The notes: generated by a model not told the origin, from the letters alone. A stretch of DNA of 64,000 bases from an uncultured candidatus Porisulfidus sp. (GCA_965215125.1 OZ244052.1:384001-448000); one strand, 5' to 3'; numbered from the stretch's first letter, positions 11,301 to 20,241 are shown. Numbers and translations: made by a program.

Positions 11301-14300
11301 CTTGCATAACTATTCAAGATACTTATTTGTGATAAGCCTACTAAACCTCCTATGAATTTATTCCCGCTAACCGTACCCTTCGCATAACTATTGTAGATTC
11401 TTGAACCCGATTGGCTACTACCGGCTAAACCACCGACAAAATTAATTCCGGCGACCGCAACATCGGTGCGGCTATTAACGATTACCCCCAAATTCCTGCC
11501 GGTCAATCCACCTACATAAGAAGCACCACGGACATTACCGCCTATTACATAGCTACTGACAATCTCACCGCGATTCTCGCCTACCAAAGTGCCGATATTA
11601 GATTGACCATTAACATCAATATCCACAGCGAGTAAGCCGATGTTCTCAATTCTTGCACCATCCGCCAGCACACCGAATAAACCGATATTATTGGTAGCAA
11701 TATCATTGATCCTCAGATTCGATATCGTGTGTGCATTACCGTTTAATAAACTGCTGAAGGGATTGCTACGGTTTCCTATCGGTTGCCACCCTGCACCGGT
11801 CGTCCACATCGAGTTGACCCTACCCACACGATAACTACCGGGATCGTTAAAGTCTAAGTCTCTGCTCAGTTTATAACCCTTGCATCGCCTCATGTTGTCT
11901 TCGGTGTCTATAGGGCAATCCTCCAAAACATCGGACAGACGCTCTATAGGATTACGCATCAGGTCCAAGTCCTCTAGATAATCGATCGATATCAAACCAT
12001 CTACTACCACAATACTGTGCAGTACCCTAATCGTATAGCGTTTCGGCACATTATGATTCGCAGCTCTCACCGTAATCACAATATTATCCAAATTGTCGCT
12101 TAGAGTGAACAATGAACTTTGCCGGCCGCGCTTTGATGAACTCAAGCTATTTGCGTCTACGGTAATCGTATCGCTACCGTAATAAGCGGTCGGTGTGGTA
12201 CGAAACTCCGTACCCGAATCAACGACTAAATCATAGTCGTATATCTCGGGATTAAATGCCGGAATCAAATGTGCATTTTTTGAAAACTCCAGCCGCACCA
12301 ACCCGGCACGTTGCTCGGGTAGCAAGGCACCACAATACGGTGTCTGTTCCGGTAATCTCGGTAAATGACTACGACATACGACCGCCCTATCATGCTCCGA
12401 CAAGGTTGCAAACAACCCACCGTTGCAAGCGGATAATTGCTCAAGCGACGGCTGCCTGCATACCATGTCGTTGGCATTGCCTGGCACATAAAGCAACGCC
12501 GGATATTGCTCTGCATTACCGAAGTGCCAATCGGCTCTATCCCACTCGGTATAGATATCATCCGACGGCACACCCGACTGCAGTGCCATCACAGTTTTAT
12601 CGGTGCCGATCAGTGAGTCGGCCCTAGAGATAACCGCACCTGCTTTGTAGTAGCTATTAACAATTAAACCCCCGAAAGCTATCAGCCCCCCCGCTAAATT
12701 ACCATTTGTCCGCACGCGCACATCACCCACTGCATAACTATTGTGAATTTTCGCGCTCTTCGGGCTACTACCAACCAAACCACCCGCCAAGCCGTTATTC
12801 GCCCTTACGGTACCGACGGCATAGCTATTAACAACAAAGCTATTTGCTTCGTTCCAACCGACCAGACCGCCTGCGTAAATATTATTTGCGTGTACGTCAA
12901 CATTCGCATAGCTATTAACGATCGTGCCGCCATTATTTCTGCCGACCAAACCACCGACGTAGCTGTTCAAAACGACTAGCTTGCCGTCTGCATAGCTATT
13001 GATAATCGTGCCGAAGTTGTAGCCGGCTATGGCACCGACGTTATTCTGTCCGGCGATATTCACATTCACTAGACCGACATTCTCAACTCTGCCACCGGCT
13101 CCGACTACTTCGAATAGACCCATACCGATAGTATTGCCCATTTTTATAGTCAAATTGGATATCGTGTAGCCGTTGCCTTTGAATACACCGCTAAAAGGTT
13201 CACTCAAACTACCTATGGGTTGCCACTCAATCCCGGCAAGGTCTATATCTGCGGTCAATTCATATCCCATGCAGCCGTTGGAACAATAGATCGCATCGGT
13301 GGTTTCGCTTTGTTGATAGGCACCGCCGTCCAAGCGATGGCGGACGGCATTCAAATGTGTCGCATTACTAATCTCTATTAATCCATCGCCGTCTTCGTCT
13401 ATGCTTTGAGCGACGATGTCGAGTCGATTGATGACGAATTGATATCGATACGAATGTCGTTTGCCGTCTTTTACGACCAAACTAAAAACCGTATCGCCGG
13501 TGTCGTTCAACGGTATCGGCACCGTCCATTCACCGCTATCGGTTTCTCCTATTGAGGTGCTATCCTTAAAAACTTCAATCGTTGCTACTGCATTAAACGC
13601 AGTCGGTAACATGCGAATAGTACTGCGATCGGCATTGACCGATACACCGTAATCAAATGATGTAAATGCAAAAGGACTGGACAAACCTGCGCCTTCGGAT
13701 AATTTTAGGTCTCGCAATAGGCTCCCTTGATGACGAAGCAAGGTGTGGCATGCATCGGGACGTCTCTGAATATCCGCTGTATCACAATGTGCATTACCAT
13801 CGGTAGAGTCGGCACGCAAATTATACCTAATCGCCGGATATTGCTGATCGGTGCCGAAATCCCAGTTATCCGAATTGCCTAGATTATCGCTACCCCAGCG
13901 CATATAAATGCCGGTTGCACTCGTCGGTGATTGAAGCTCGGCGGCACGCTCACTCTCTCCTAAAGTCACACTGGTTTCGGAGATATCTTCGTCTAAATAA
14001 ATTGTGTGAACGGTCGGCGCAAGATGATCTCGCGGATCTCTATTGCCACCGAATAAACCTTGCGGCACATCGGCTTTGGTTGCTAGAACACTCGCATAGC
14101 TATAGCTGATTTCAATAACCGACGATGAACGTACCCCGACTAATCCACCTATAAATCCGCTATCCTGCTTTCCGATAATCTCACCGACCACATAGCTGTC
14201 GGTGATAGTTAAATCGGAGTCTACATCGCCGACCAAACCGCCGGCAACTGCCGATCGACCGTTGACGGCAAGATTACCGACGAAATAACTGTTGCTAATT

Positions 14301-17300
14301 CGGGCACGCCTACCACTCGTTGCACTAATAGTATTGACCAAACCGGCGGCAGCGGCGGTTCCTTGTATATCTCCTATCACATAACTATTGCTTATCGTAC
14401 ACCGCTTACACGATGTGGCAATTCCGGCAACTATATCCCCGTTAATATCCACAGCCGACAATCCGATACCGTCTATATAGGCAACACGACTATCGCTACC
14501 TATCGTTGTAAAAAGACCGCCGCTAGACCTCACACTTAAATTGGCAATCGTTTTATTATTGCCTTTGAGTGTAGCGGTGAAAGTCCCTGCTATAGGTTGC
14601 CAGGCACCCGCACCCGTCCAGAGACGCATGTTCTTCTCGGCATTGCGATAACTACCGACATCGTTAAAATCCAAATCTCTTAGCAATTCATAACCACGAC
14701 ATCCCGCACTCGGACAACCCGAGGTAATCTTGATGGACTCATCATCCGCTCTATAGCCACTGCCGTCCAACTGATAGCGGATTGCATCCAAATCCTCCAA
14801 ATAATCGATATCGACGAGACCGTCGCCGTCTTCATCGATGACCCTATGATGCGCATAACTCAGATAAAGCGTATATCTAACCGTCTTCGTGCCTTCTACT
14901 TCAATAATCACTTTTTTTACCTCGTCACTCTTCAGCGAAATCAAAAAGTTCATATTGTTACTGTCTAGGATTTCTCTCACGGTTCCTATAATGCTAATAC
15001 GCGCAGTCGGTTCTATCGCAACCGGCATCAAGCGCACGCTTGGGTGGTCGCCGATCACCGTGCCGAAATAAACGCCGCTTTGGTTGAGCCTTTCAATATC
15101 AAGCGGTGGAGAGAATGTAACATCGTTTGCTACCGTTAAATCACGCAAACCATAGCGCAACCCCGGCGATATTAAATTGCCACATTGCGGCATTCCCGAT
15201 GAACCACACTCAAAAACACCCTCGGTTGCAGTGGTATATTTAAGTATCGGGTATTGTTTCGATGTTCCGAAATCCCAATCGTCGGTATCCCAATCTTTAT
15301 AAATGCTATTCGCCGGCATCGTCGGGGTCTGCGATTGAAGCTGTTTCGTGATTTGCCCACTTCCGTTGCTCCCTTGTACAGTATTGATGTCGCTGTTCCA
15401 ATAGCTTGCGATTATCTTGACAGCACCCGAAGTAGCACCGACCAACCCCCCTATGCTCTGATTATCCCCGTTTGTTCCACTTGCTTGACTAATCGTATAA
15501 CTGTTTTCAATGGTACTGCCCTCCAGGAAACCAACCAAGCCCCCCGCATTTCTACCTCGAACTCTAACCGCTGCATAGCTGTTAATAATTTTTGCCTGCG
15601 GCTCGTTCCAGCCGACCAGCCCACCTGCGTGACTTCCACCGGCGACTATAGAGACTTTACCGGTTGCATAACTATTAGTGACTAGGTCCCGATTAACACC
15701 CACTAAGCCACCAAAACCTAAGCCGCCCGAACTTAGTATTATGATACTATCGGCATGACTATTGATAATTCTGCCATCGTTATCTCCAACGAGACCGCCG
15801 AGCAATGAAGTTCCTGAAACTTCGCTTATCGCATGGCTTCCAATAATATCTCCGCCGTCGTTGTTTGCGACCAGACCGCCGGCCACACCCTCGATACTTT
15901 TTGATTCAACACTGCCACCGACATAGCTATAGCCGACTTGCCCTCGGTTGGTGCCTATTAGTCCGGCAACTTTAGCTCCACCTTCTATTTTTAGGTTCAA
16001 CAAACCGATATTGCTTATCAGTGCACCGGATGTGCTAACACCGAATAAACTTTGATTGTCGGCATCGTCTCTATTGATTTGCAAACCCGATATCGTATAA
16101 CCGTTGCCGTCGAAGCGACCGGCAAAAGGTTTTGACTCGCTGCCTATAGGTACCCAACCCGTATCGGCAGAATCGCTGTAATCATCTACCGTCCAAAGAA
16201 TCCTATTCAACGGATCCAGATAACTCTCGTCATTTGCAAAATACAAGTCTCTAGCCAATTTATAAGAACCTTTAGGCCGCCGATGTATCGCACGCAAGTC
16301 TTCCAGATAGTTGATCGGCGTAAACTCGGCAGTACTTCGATAATCAATATACAATGTATAGCGTACAGTCACAGTTCCCTGTACTTCAATGTGAATACGC
16401 GTCATACCGATTGGCTTCAAAGAAATTGCTTTACTCGTCTCGCCGCTTCGGATACGGTCGTAGACAGTCTTATCGTCGCCGATGTAGAAACTAATATGTG
16501 CCGTCGGTTCTATCGTCGTCGGAATCAACCGTATCACATTGTCGGTACTGCTCAGACTGCCGATATAAATACCGCTTCGGTTTTGTGCCTCTATATCGAA
16601 CTCGGGAGATAAAACAACACTGTCCGCCGTCGCCAAACTACGCAAACCATAACGCAAGCGCGGCGATATCAACGCACCGCATTGCGGCAATCCCGACAGA
16701 CCGCAGGCATCGCCGTCGGGTCCCGATGCGTATTCGAGGATCGGATACTGCGCGCTGTTGCCGAAATCCCAATCGGCATCGTCCCATTCTTCGTATATCC
16801 CGATTGCTGCAGTGGGTAACTGCATTTGTTGCGTACTCTGCCCGTTTCCATGACGACCTTGTAAACCGCCGGTCTCGGTGTTCCAATAGCTCGCTCTAAT
16901 GATTCCTCTATTAGTCGCAGCTAAACCACCGCCTCTTCCTTGCACCCTACCGATAGCATAACTATTGATGATTGAACCAGTGGACAAATTTGAACCCACC
17001 AAACTACCCGCCAAAACTCCTTCAACATTTGTCATTGCATAGCTGTTGGTTATAGACCCTTCGTTAAAGCCGACCAAACCACCGATGCTAATACCTCCGA
17101 CATCACCACCGGCATAGCTATTGATGATACGCGCAGTAATACCGTTCCAGCCTACAAGCCCACCGACAACAGATGTTGCCGACACACCGATACCATTTGC
17201 ATAACTGTTGATAATCGTGCCGAAGTTGCCTCCGACGAGCCCACCGATATATTGCCTCCCTTCTATCCTTACATTAGACAAGCCTACATTTCTTACGCTA

Positions 17301-20077
17301 GCCGCAGATCCCAAAACACCGAATAACCCTTGATAATCGGCATCATCTCTATTTATCTGCACATTAAATATCGTATGACCGTTACCGTCGAAAATGCCTG
17401 TGAAACGATTTTTAGAAATACCTATAGGCAACCAGCCGGTGTCCGCATCGTTGCCGTAATCGGCTACCGTCCATTGCGCTTTATTGATCGGGTCGCGGTA
17501 GCTCGCATCCGAATTGAAATCCAAATCCCGCACTAGTTTGTATTTGCCGTTCAGTTGATTGCGTATCGCATTCAAATCTTCCAAATAATAAATGTCGCTA
17601 AAACCGTCATCCTCTACGACCTTCATCACCGATACCGGCTCGGATACGATGCGATGATCATAACCTTGATTGTCGCGATAATCCAACCATACACGATAGC
17701 CGATATTATCGATTTCCGACAACACCGTAGGTATCTGATAATGCATTTGTATCGCATCTCCGATATCCTGCCATAGCGTAGCTGACGGCAACTTGTACTG
17801 CCATTGATAACCGAAGCTGTTAATATCTGCACCACCGTCGGGATCTACAGATAAATCGGCTTCGCCGATATCCGCCACCGCTAAAGTACCCTCGCGATAG
17901 GTCGGGGCAGCTAAGGTATTTATGCTACCGCCGTTTGTTTTGACAACCGTCAGCGTCGTACTTCGGGTTACAATTGTCCGACCGGCACGCACTTCCACTT
18001 GCAACACAACGGGGGTCCGGTCAACATCTCGGGCAACAAAATCGTCGGGTATGTCTATATCCAATTCGGCTTGCCGAGTATTTAAGCCTTTTAATAAATC
18101 GGGTTGCGTCGGTGAGATTTGGCTCCAACGATAATGCACTCGTCGTAAATTCGGCTCGGAGGTTGAAACACTCAACGCAATGCGCCGACCTTCGCTCACC
18201 CTATGATCCGAACGATCGCTACTAATCGTTGCTTGTAAGTCGGATCGACGTATCACCCAAATCCGATAGTGCCTCGCTATCGTCACCAAGGTCGGCTCGG
18301 GGGCTACATTCAAAATAATCGGTGCCGTCTCGCCGTTATTCACCGAAGATAAACCGATTTTCTCGTCTTTAAGAATACTAATCGCCTGTGTGCTATTCGC
18401 TATCGTAGGGCTGAACCTTATCTCTGTTACATTATCGTCGCTTAAGTTCACACGATAATCGAAGGTCTGCGGATTAAACGCAGGAGATAAGCTCAACCCG
18501 TCTAATACAAGCAAACCCGAGAGCATGATGTGCTGACCCGACAATAGGTGTCCCTTTTCAGAACCCTCGCTATGTCTGAGTATCGGGTATTGTTCGCCGG
18601 TGCCGAACTCCCAATCGGCAACATCCCATCGTTCAAAGGTCTCGCCCGGTAGACCGGGGGCAGTCGGTGATTTTAGCTGTGCGGTAGTTCGCAAACTACC
18701 GCCGGCACTGAACGATATCCCGGCAGCCTCGCTATTCCAATAACTGTGTATTACACGCACCATGTCGGCATGCCTCGTTTGGTGTGCATAATTCCAGCCG
18801 ATCAACCCCCCGGCAGGCTCACCGCTTGCGACAACCTGACCGTTTGCAAAACTGTCGGAGACGATGCCTTTATTACTGCCGACCAAACCACCGACTCTAT
18901 GCACACCGCCTACATAACCGTTCGCATAAGTATTGCTTATTTGACCGCCTTCGTTCCAACCGACCAAACCGCCCACATCGCTATCGCCGTCTATGCGACC
19001 CTGCGCAAAACTATTGGTGATTTCACTATCCCTGTTCCAACCGACCAGACCGCCCGTATAAAGATTACCCGAAACCGCACCGCTCGCCCGACTATCGGCA
19101 ACTCCGCCGCTGCGGTCATTCGCACCGACCAACCCACCGCTATACGAACCGCCGCTTATTACTTTGCCTTCGGCATGGCTTGCACTAATCCGAGCATGGT
19201 TGAGACCGACTAAACCGCCGATATAATCATGCCCTTTTGCAGTCCCGTCGGCACGACTATTTGTCAGCGCACCTCGAGAGTTAAGACCGACCAAACCGCC
19301 GACTTGGTTGACACCGGATACACTCGTATCGGCAACGCTATACCTAATATGCCCTTCGTTGTGACCCACCAGACCGCCGAGACTATGACTGCCACCCTCT
19401 ACACGCTCGAGTATGACATCGCCGTTGAGTATCGTCCCGGCATTGACACCGAACAAACCGCCTACGGTGTTGCCTACACCGATTAGACGACCCCCTTCCA
19501 CACCGATATAAGAAACACCCCCGGCGTTATGACCGGCTAAACTACCGATGTACGAATTCCCTGTGATGTTTATTTGCGACAATACCAAATCGCTGATTTT
19601 CGCCGGCTTTGTCGTTGCCTTGAATAATCCGACATAATCCGACGGCCTGTTGATGTAAAGATTGGCTATCGTATGACCATTGCCTTCAAACCTTGCGCTA
19701 AAGAAACTCAGCCGATCGCCTATAGGCAACCAACCTAAACCACTCGTCCATGCTGCTTTGTTGATGATGTTGCGGTAGTCATCGGAAACATTGAAGTCTA
19801 GATCGTCGCGCAACTCGTAGCCGTTGCAACCGCTTTGCGGACACCCCGCAGTGATCTTGACTGCGTCAAAACTTTCTCTATAGCCGGTGCCGTCAAGCTG
19901 ATAGCGAACTGCATTCAATGCGTCCAAGTCGCATAGCTCTATCAAGCCATCGTTGTCTTGATCTATATCGGTTAAGTAATTGCATTGGAAACCATCTTGT
20001 GCCGATACGGGCTGTAATAACCCTATGACTAGTAAATAGAGGGCATATAGAAACCAATTTGGTCTTCTTTCGTTCAT
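2339..20077 (-). CDS. Giant secreted GLUG-repeat / cadherin-like beta-sandwich adhesin-like protein, copy C (5912 aa)
   Basis: Uninterrupted ORF with a signal peptide ending PVSA|QD. Ten modules with DxDxDGL(I/V)(E/D)-type loops, GYEL..DLDF, W.PIG...F.GNG.TI.NL, many GGLVG.N.G.I.NSY repeats, WDFG...QYP caps and L.P.F.P...Y cadherin-like starts. Ends VNIRVFPEGLLR. Adhesin function is inferred. Confidence 0.9.
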   Translation of the reverse strand: MNERRPNWFLYALYLLVIGLLQPVSAQDGFQCNYLTDIDQDNDGLIELCDLDALNAVRYQLDGTGYRESFDAVKITAGCPQSGCNGYELRDDLDFNVSDDYRNIINKAAWTSGLGWLPIGDRLSFFSARFEGNGHTIANLYINRPSDYVGLFKATTKPAKISDLVLSQINITGNSYIGSLAGHNAGGVSYIGVEGGRLIGVGNTVGGLFGVNAGTILNGDVILERVEGGSHSLGGLVGHNEGHIRYSVADTSVSGVNQVGGLVGLNSRGALTNSRADGTAKGHDYIGGLVGLNHARISASHAEGKVISGGSYSGGLVGANDRSGGVADSRASGAVSGNLYTGGLVGWNRDSEITNSFAQGRIDGDSDVGGLVGWNEGGQISNTYANGYVGGVHRVGGLVGSNKGIVSDSFANGQVVASGEPAGGLIGWNYAHQTRHADMVRVIHSYWNSEAAGISFSAGGSLRTTAQLKSPTAPGLPGETFERWDVADWEFGTGEQYPILRHSEGSEKGHLLSGQHIMLSGLLVLDGLSLSPAFNPQTFDYRVNLSDDNVTEIRFSPTIANSTQAISILKDEKIGLSSVNNGETAPIILNVAPEPTLVTIARHYRIWVIRRSDLQATISSDRSDHRVSEGRRIALSVSTSEPNLRRVHYRWSQISPTQPDLLKGLNTRQAELDIDIPDDFVARDVDRTPVVLQVEVRAGRTIVTRSTTLTVVKTNGGSINTLAAPTYREGTLAVADIGEADLSVDPDGGADINSFGYQWQYKLPSATLWQDIGDAIQMHYQIPTVLSEIDNIGYRVWLDYRDNQGYDHRIVSEPVSVMKVVEDDGFSDIYYLEDLNAIRNQLNGKYKLVRDLDFNSDASYRDPINKAQWTVADYGNDADTGWLPIGISKNRFTGIFDGNGHTIFNVQINRDDADYQGLFGVLGSAASVRNVGLSNVRIEGRQYIGGLVGGNFGTIINSYANGIGVSATSVVGGLVGWNGITARIINSYAGGDVGGISIGGLVGFNEGSITNSYAMTNVEGVLAGSLVGSNLSTGSIINSYAIGRVQGRGGGLAATNRGIIRASYWNTETGGLQGRHGNGQSTQQMQLPTAAIGIYEEWDDADWDFGNSAQYPILEYASGPDGDACGLSGLPQCGALISPRLRYGLRSLATADSVVLSPEFDIEAQNRSGIYIGSLSSTDNVIRLIPTTIEPTAHISFYIGDDKTVYDRIRSGETSKAISLKPIGMTRIHIEVQGTVTVRYTLYIDYRSTAEFTPINYLEDLRAIHRRPKGSYKLARDLYFANDESYLDPLNRILWTVDDYSDSADTGWVPIGSESKPFAGRFDGNGYTISGLQINRDDADNQSLFGVSTSGALISNIGLLNLKIEGGAKVAGLIGTNRGQVGYSYVGGSVESKSIEGVAGGLVANNDGGDIIGSHAISEVSGTSLLGGLVGDNDGRIINSHADSIIILSSGGLGFGGLVGVNRDLVTNSYATGKVSIVAGGSHAGGLVGWNEPQAKIINSYAAVRVRGRNAGGLVGFLEGSTIENSYTISQASGTNGDNQSIGGLVGATSGAVKIIASYWNSDINTVQGSNGSGQITKQLQSQTPTMPANSIYKDWDTDDWDFGTSKQYPILKYTTATEGVFECGSSGMPQCGNLISPGLRYGLRDLTVANDVTFSPPLDIERLNQSGVYFGTVIGDHPSVRLMPVAIEPTARISIIGTVREILDSNNMNFLISLKSDEVKKVIIEVEGTKTVRYTLYLSYAHHRVIDEDGDGLVDIDYLEDLDAIRYQLDGSGYRADDESIKITSGCPSAGCRGYELLRDLDFNDVGSYRNAEKNMRLWTGAGAWQPIAGTFTATLKGNNKTIANLSVRSSGGLFTTIGSDSRVAYIDGIGLSAVDINGDIVAGIATSCKRCTISNSYVIGDIQGTAAAAGLVNTISATSGRRARISNSYFVGNLAVNGRSAVAGGLVGDVDSDLTITDSYVVGEIIGKQDSGFIGGLVGVRSSSVIEISYSYASVLATKADVPQGLFGGNRDPRDHLAPTVHTIYLDEDISETSVTLGESERAAELQSPTSATGIYMRWGSDNLGNSDNWDFGTDQQYPAIRYNLRADSTDGNAHCDTADIQRRPDACHTLLRHQGSLLRDLKLSEGAGLSSPFAFTSFDYGVSVNADRSTIRMLPTAFNAVATIEVFKDSTSIGETDSGEWTVPIPLNDTGDTVFSLVVKDGKRHSYRYQFVINRLDIVAQSIDEDGDGLIEISNATHLNAVRHRLDGGAYQQSETTDAIYCSNGCMGYELTADIDLAGIEWQPIGSLSEPFSGVFKGNGYTISNLTIKMGNTIGMGLFEVVGAGGRVENVGLVNVNIAGQNNVGAIAGYNFGTIINSYADGKLVVLNSYVGGLVGRNNGGTIVNSYANVDVHANNIYAGGLVGWNEANSFVVNSYAVGTVRANNGLAGGLVGSSPKSAKIHNSYAVGDVRVRTNGNLAGGLIAFGGLIVNSYYKAGAVISRADSLIGTDKTVMALQSGVPSDDIYTEWDRADWHFGNAEQYPALLYVPGNANDMVCRQPSLEQLSACNGGLFATLSEHDRAVVCRSHLPRLPEQTPYCGALLPEQRAGLVRLEFSKNAHLIPAFNPEIYDYDLVVDSGTEFRTTPTAYYGSDTITVDANSLSSSKRGRQSSLFTLSDNLDNIVITVRAANHNVPKRYTIRVLHSIVVVDGLISIDYLEDLDLMRNPIERLSDVLEDCPIDTEDNMRRCKGYKLSRDLDFNDPGSYRVGRVNSMWTTGAGWQPIGNRSNPFSSLLNGNAHTISNLRINDIATNNIGLFGVLADGARIENIGLLAVDIDVNGQSNIGTLVGENRGEIVSSYVIGGNVRGASYVGGLTGRNLGVIVNSRTDVAVAGINFVGGLAGSSQSGSRIYNSYAKGTVSGNKFIGGLVGLSQISILNSYASVAVIGSQSVGGLVGGASNSIINSYAIGKISGRSEGLIGSVRINFSAIQSYWDVGTSAVRDDNNNFNGIGKTTAELQTAAIGEGIYSRWHRNDWYSESGQYPVLRYTSATDIITRPACLEAEDTDTALPVCGTLLPNQYIGLSNLAHSSKLGQVLLLRPDFNSGIYDYELILKSDAREFSIIPYTFNSDAVIVVNDDSKTNPREELKNNQSTTLEIDNINSLLLTLTVEDPSVSRATQTTIYRFEVSKHSFITVSDIDEDDDGLIEVRNLEDLNAIRYQLDGSGYKAIRSDTKITEGCPNDVCLGYELARDLDFRDAASYRSGVVNTEWAENWQPIGDRDNPFESVFNGNNHTISNLRIDKSDTDNVGLFAALADGSQVKNINLSDVEIRGRLGVGSLAAYNAGEINNSYADGMIVGERGIGGLVARNENGGVIANSYSLSRVSGDTDIGGLVALNLGSITNTYAGGDVQGVTLIGGLVAHNIGRISNSYAYGVVSGRRSVGGLVARNESRGVIANSYSLNRVSGDTGIGGLVALNLGSITNAYASGGVQGVALIGGLVGENSGSVRNSYATADILCTGVPACASYTVTSGGLIGNSVGGIAINSYWDIATSNIRESAGGIGKTTLQLQLGTGQSSDAGRAYYRWHDSDWHFGNAYQYPILKYTTNTESTLTGLQSYGLASLKIAEAVSLSPNFSTTKLYYRVGVELDANIKQLHLIPNALDEDAIIRIVSDDGFDETVKTGTGSSAIVLRSNATTVISVEVSGARRIRYRFEVDYFFSDPKRNIDTDKDGLIDILTLEDLDAIRNALDGRRLRYQNADGALIENARGCPIAGCKGYELLQDLDFDNPAHYRAGRVNTAWTTGSGWQPIGTSLHPFTAIFKGNGYTISNLRVNRPDSDYIGLFGVLDGSKSDVVIEGIGLTDVDIIGGAHVGGLVGYNRAGDISRSYVSGSVMARGSGGSAIVGGLVGRNFAGSITRSYAETQVEANLSDRLTTSLAGGLVALNDNRGRIENSYAIGSVIGWDTVGGLVALNRGSSKIINSYTVNRAIAVGARSKVGGLVAVNGAMVVDSYWDIEASGIASSAGGSSATTAILRSSTPTSPINSIYKNWDADVWEFADANRYPELKAIADVPLLAPEGKSLLQSLTLSNNVRLFPSFHPLIFDYELIAESARMTEVRVDTTSTRVGTTIDIACRNGLICSSGIPTSFVLDGNHIPEITITTHNPDAGELSYHFSVRYDELKIERVTATTTTIVPLSLSVVEGERVRLMISYNFTLDEDLYRYKWRQSAGDVLKFNDRLSPVDTQSAVLDFTVPSDVVSKQDDSRVVQLAAGIGVNDVYMSRAISLIVSKANNDTADRIRLIEDNDKPYTYAVRLERADGSEFVDRDGGLAETHIQWQRRRSDAEDWVNVGSGSPYTIPNEGDYQYRVLAIYEDNQGYRERFESEVINYLDIDDDNDGLIEIRYLEELNAVRYRLDGTGYKATANASRITTGCPLVNGVEKCRGYELVEDLDFNDDESYRTPKPSVPKNRWTVSNFKNKNDSGWQPIGGVFNAVFNGNGYTISNMQINRSVRNQSNIGLFSQMGAVGKVKNLGLVNPTIKGLVGIKNVGGIVGRMERGGVIMNSYVVGDVGAGNTDKIITGDVGFGNGIGFIGGMIGWNRGFILNSYAKINVVAEDAGAPNTKRVGVGGLVGRNIEGGKVYNSYATGEVKGPCIVGGLVSSQFSINSNKLLTRSEIKNSYATGNVETGFGTCVNSNDKVAGGLVGVNNNSKIENSYTLGKVSGGSTLAGLIARGSASVNSYWNFNPNCVFTGFGISALKVQCFGIDSNVKNVRTAGNLKDPTLLNEGLGTCIEKLIGSNEELPENLCKTYVGWNVADWDFGTNTQYPALKYGIGPDKDNPGCGSDTLPSCNLLLPGQRSDGLLLSSLSLSVNSKNAQLLPIFDPNKFNYEATIKAEELPLIIKIAVGAGKGTAITIRKGGGSPLTKQPDNTVRISANDSFNLKIETAIGNNRKATYRIQVHLEHSPRPDLFNVIYDDVFSELSEGNIIDIVNAVNDGTPSELPQDNILSLNEGDVVRLDASKSFGQNDLQLAYRWSQVSGKTLLSGIRTASTVKFTVPADFVAGEEDDGTVILKLELSENNNSLTTVSREVPLLVRKMNNGNAESGVKWISSDTLSASNLSNDIDGGPLTDIGYRWLLERNGKFIAIPGATRKSYTPPEDARNAQYRLSISYTDGQGYRTNIHHDAPPYADIATHKDKDNDGLIEIETLEDLNVVRYQPDGSGYRASSTASKIATGCPDGRCRGYELVRDLDFLDDASYSSTANKVAWTTAAAWQPIGTVANNNCSDADSNCFAGIFDGNGYRITNLRINRDTTDEIGLFAGNTGTIRNLGLSAIEIRGNARVGGLVGRNEGELINAYVDGGSVVGQNNIIGLLTGISVSGASIINSYARGTVGGFRFVGGICGINFGMISKSYAVADVSAERGAGGLVGENRGPISNSYVAGSVSIGQKKRAVGGLVGTLWAGGSVSNSYSTAEVKTTFVATANTDAQYVGGLIGIRQSPGLIVANSYWDTDTSGQTNSPGGGTAKTELQMPTAPGTMVNDIYYTWGSDDWDFGTADEYPALKYHDNTCGTSTSSPDCGRLLLHQRIGLRALKLEQNVGAGHLYFSPDFDPAVTTYTVSVHADASELRVTPIAANPDASIIADGSVLPANDTDYSVSLNTSESTSTVIRVATSNAAGMEAPVVYKLTINNNRLPRISINAPASIVEGETFALNAAIADPEGDELSYSLSMIPNLLSDIQRSTGTVVGRADLRYALNIPSDLLGEMQSINDVDIVLTVDDGLGVVGETVRLTIVKENNGVISVPAPTLNGFRYTIAGIDLSSDSDGTNPTPEIAYRWQKELLGSWLDIDGATDQSHTVEGIIGNRYRVLIDYTDKQGYRHRGLASPAMSAPQQFIYNVVRSRGVVRTSTDRSTGIFVNIRVFPEGLLR
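9636..10041 (-). repeat. Internal duplication (period 240 bp) of GLUG rungs in module 7 of copy C
   Basis: 9636-9800 closely matches 9876-10041 (GGLVARNE..GVIANSYSL.RVSGDT.IGGLVALNLGSITN.YA.G.VQGV.LIGGLV twice). The segment is single in copies A and B. Confidence 0.85.
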
Positions 20078-20195
20078 TATCTGAGGGAGAGGGAATTACT
20101 AAAGAATTCAGAGACTAATTAGTTTCATCTTATTTCAAAATACCGTATTTACTTTATTATTAAGTTTTCCTTACACTAAAAAAATTTCCATCGAT

Positions 20196-20221
20196 ATAAA
20201 CCTATATACATGTAGGTTTAT
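20196..20221. promoter_or_regulatory. Inverted repeat ATAAACCTA-N8-TAGGTTTAT in the predicted 5' UTR of copy C
   Basis: Perfect 9-bp arms between the -10 box and the ATG. Only the TAGGTTTAT arm is retained upstream of copy B (~38160). Confidence 0.4.
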
Positions 20222-20241
20222 GTTCTAAATATTAGACTTTA

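Noticed and set aside
20000-20077. Tat signal (RR) in copies B and C
   Set aside because: RRPNWFL does not fit S/T-R-R-x-F-L, and copies A and D have no RR despite the same mature protein.
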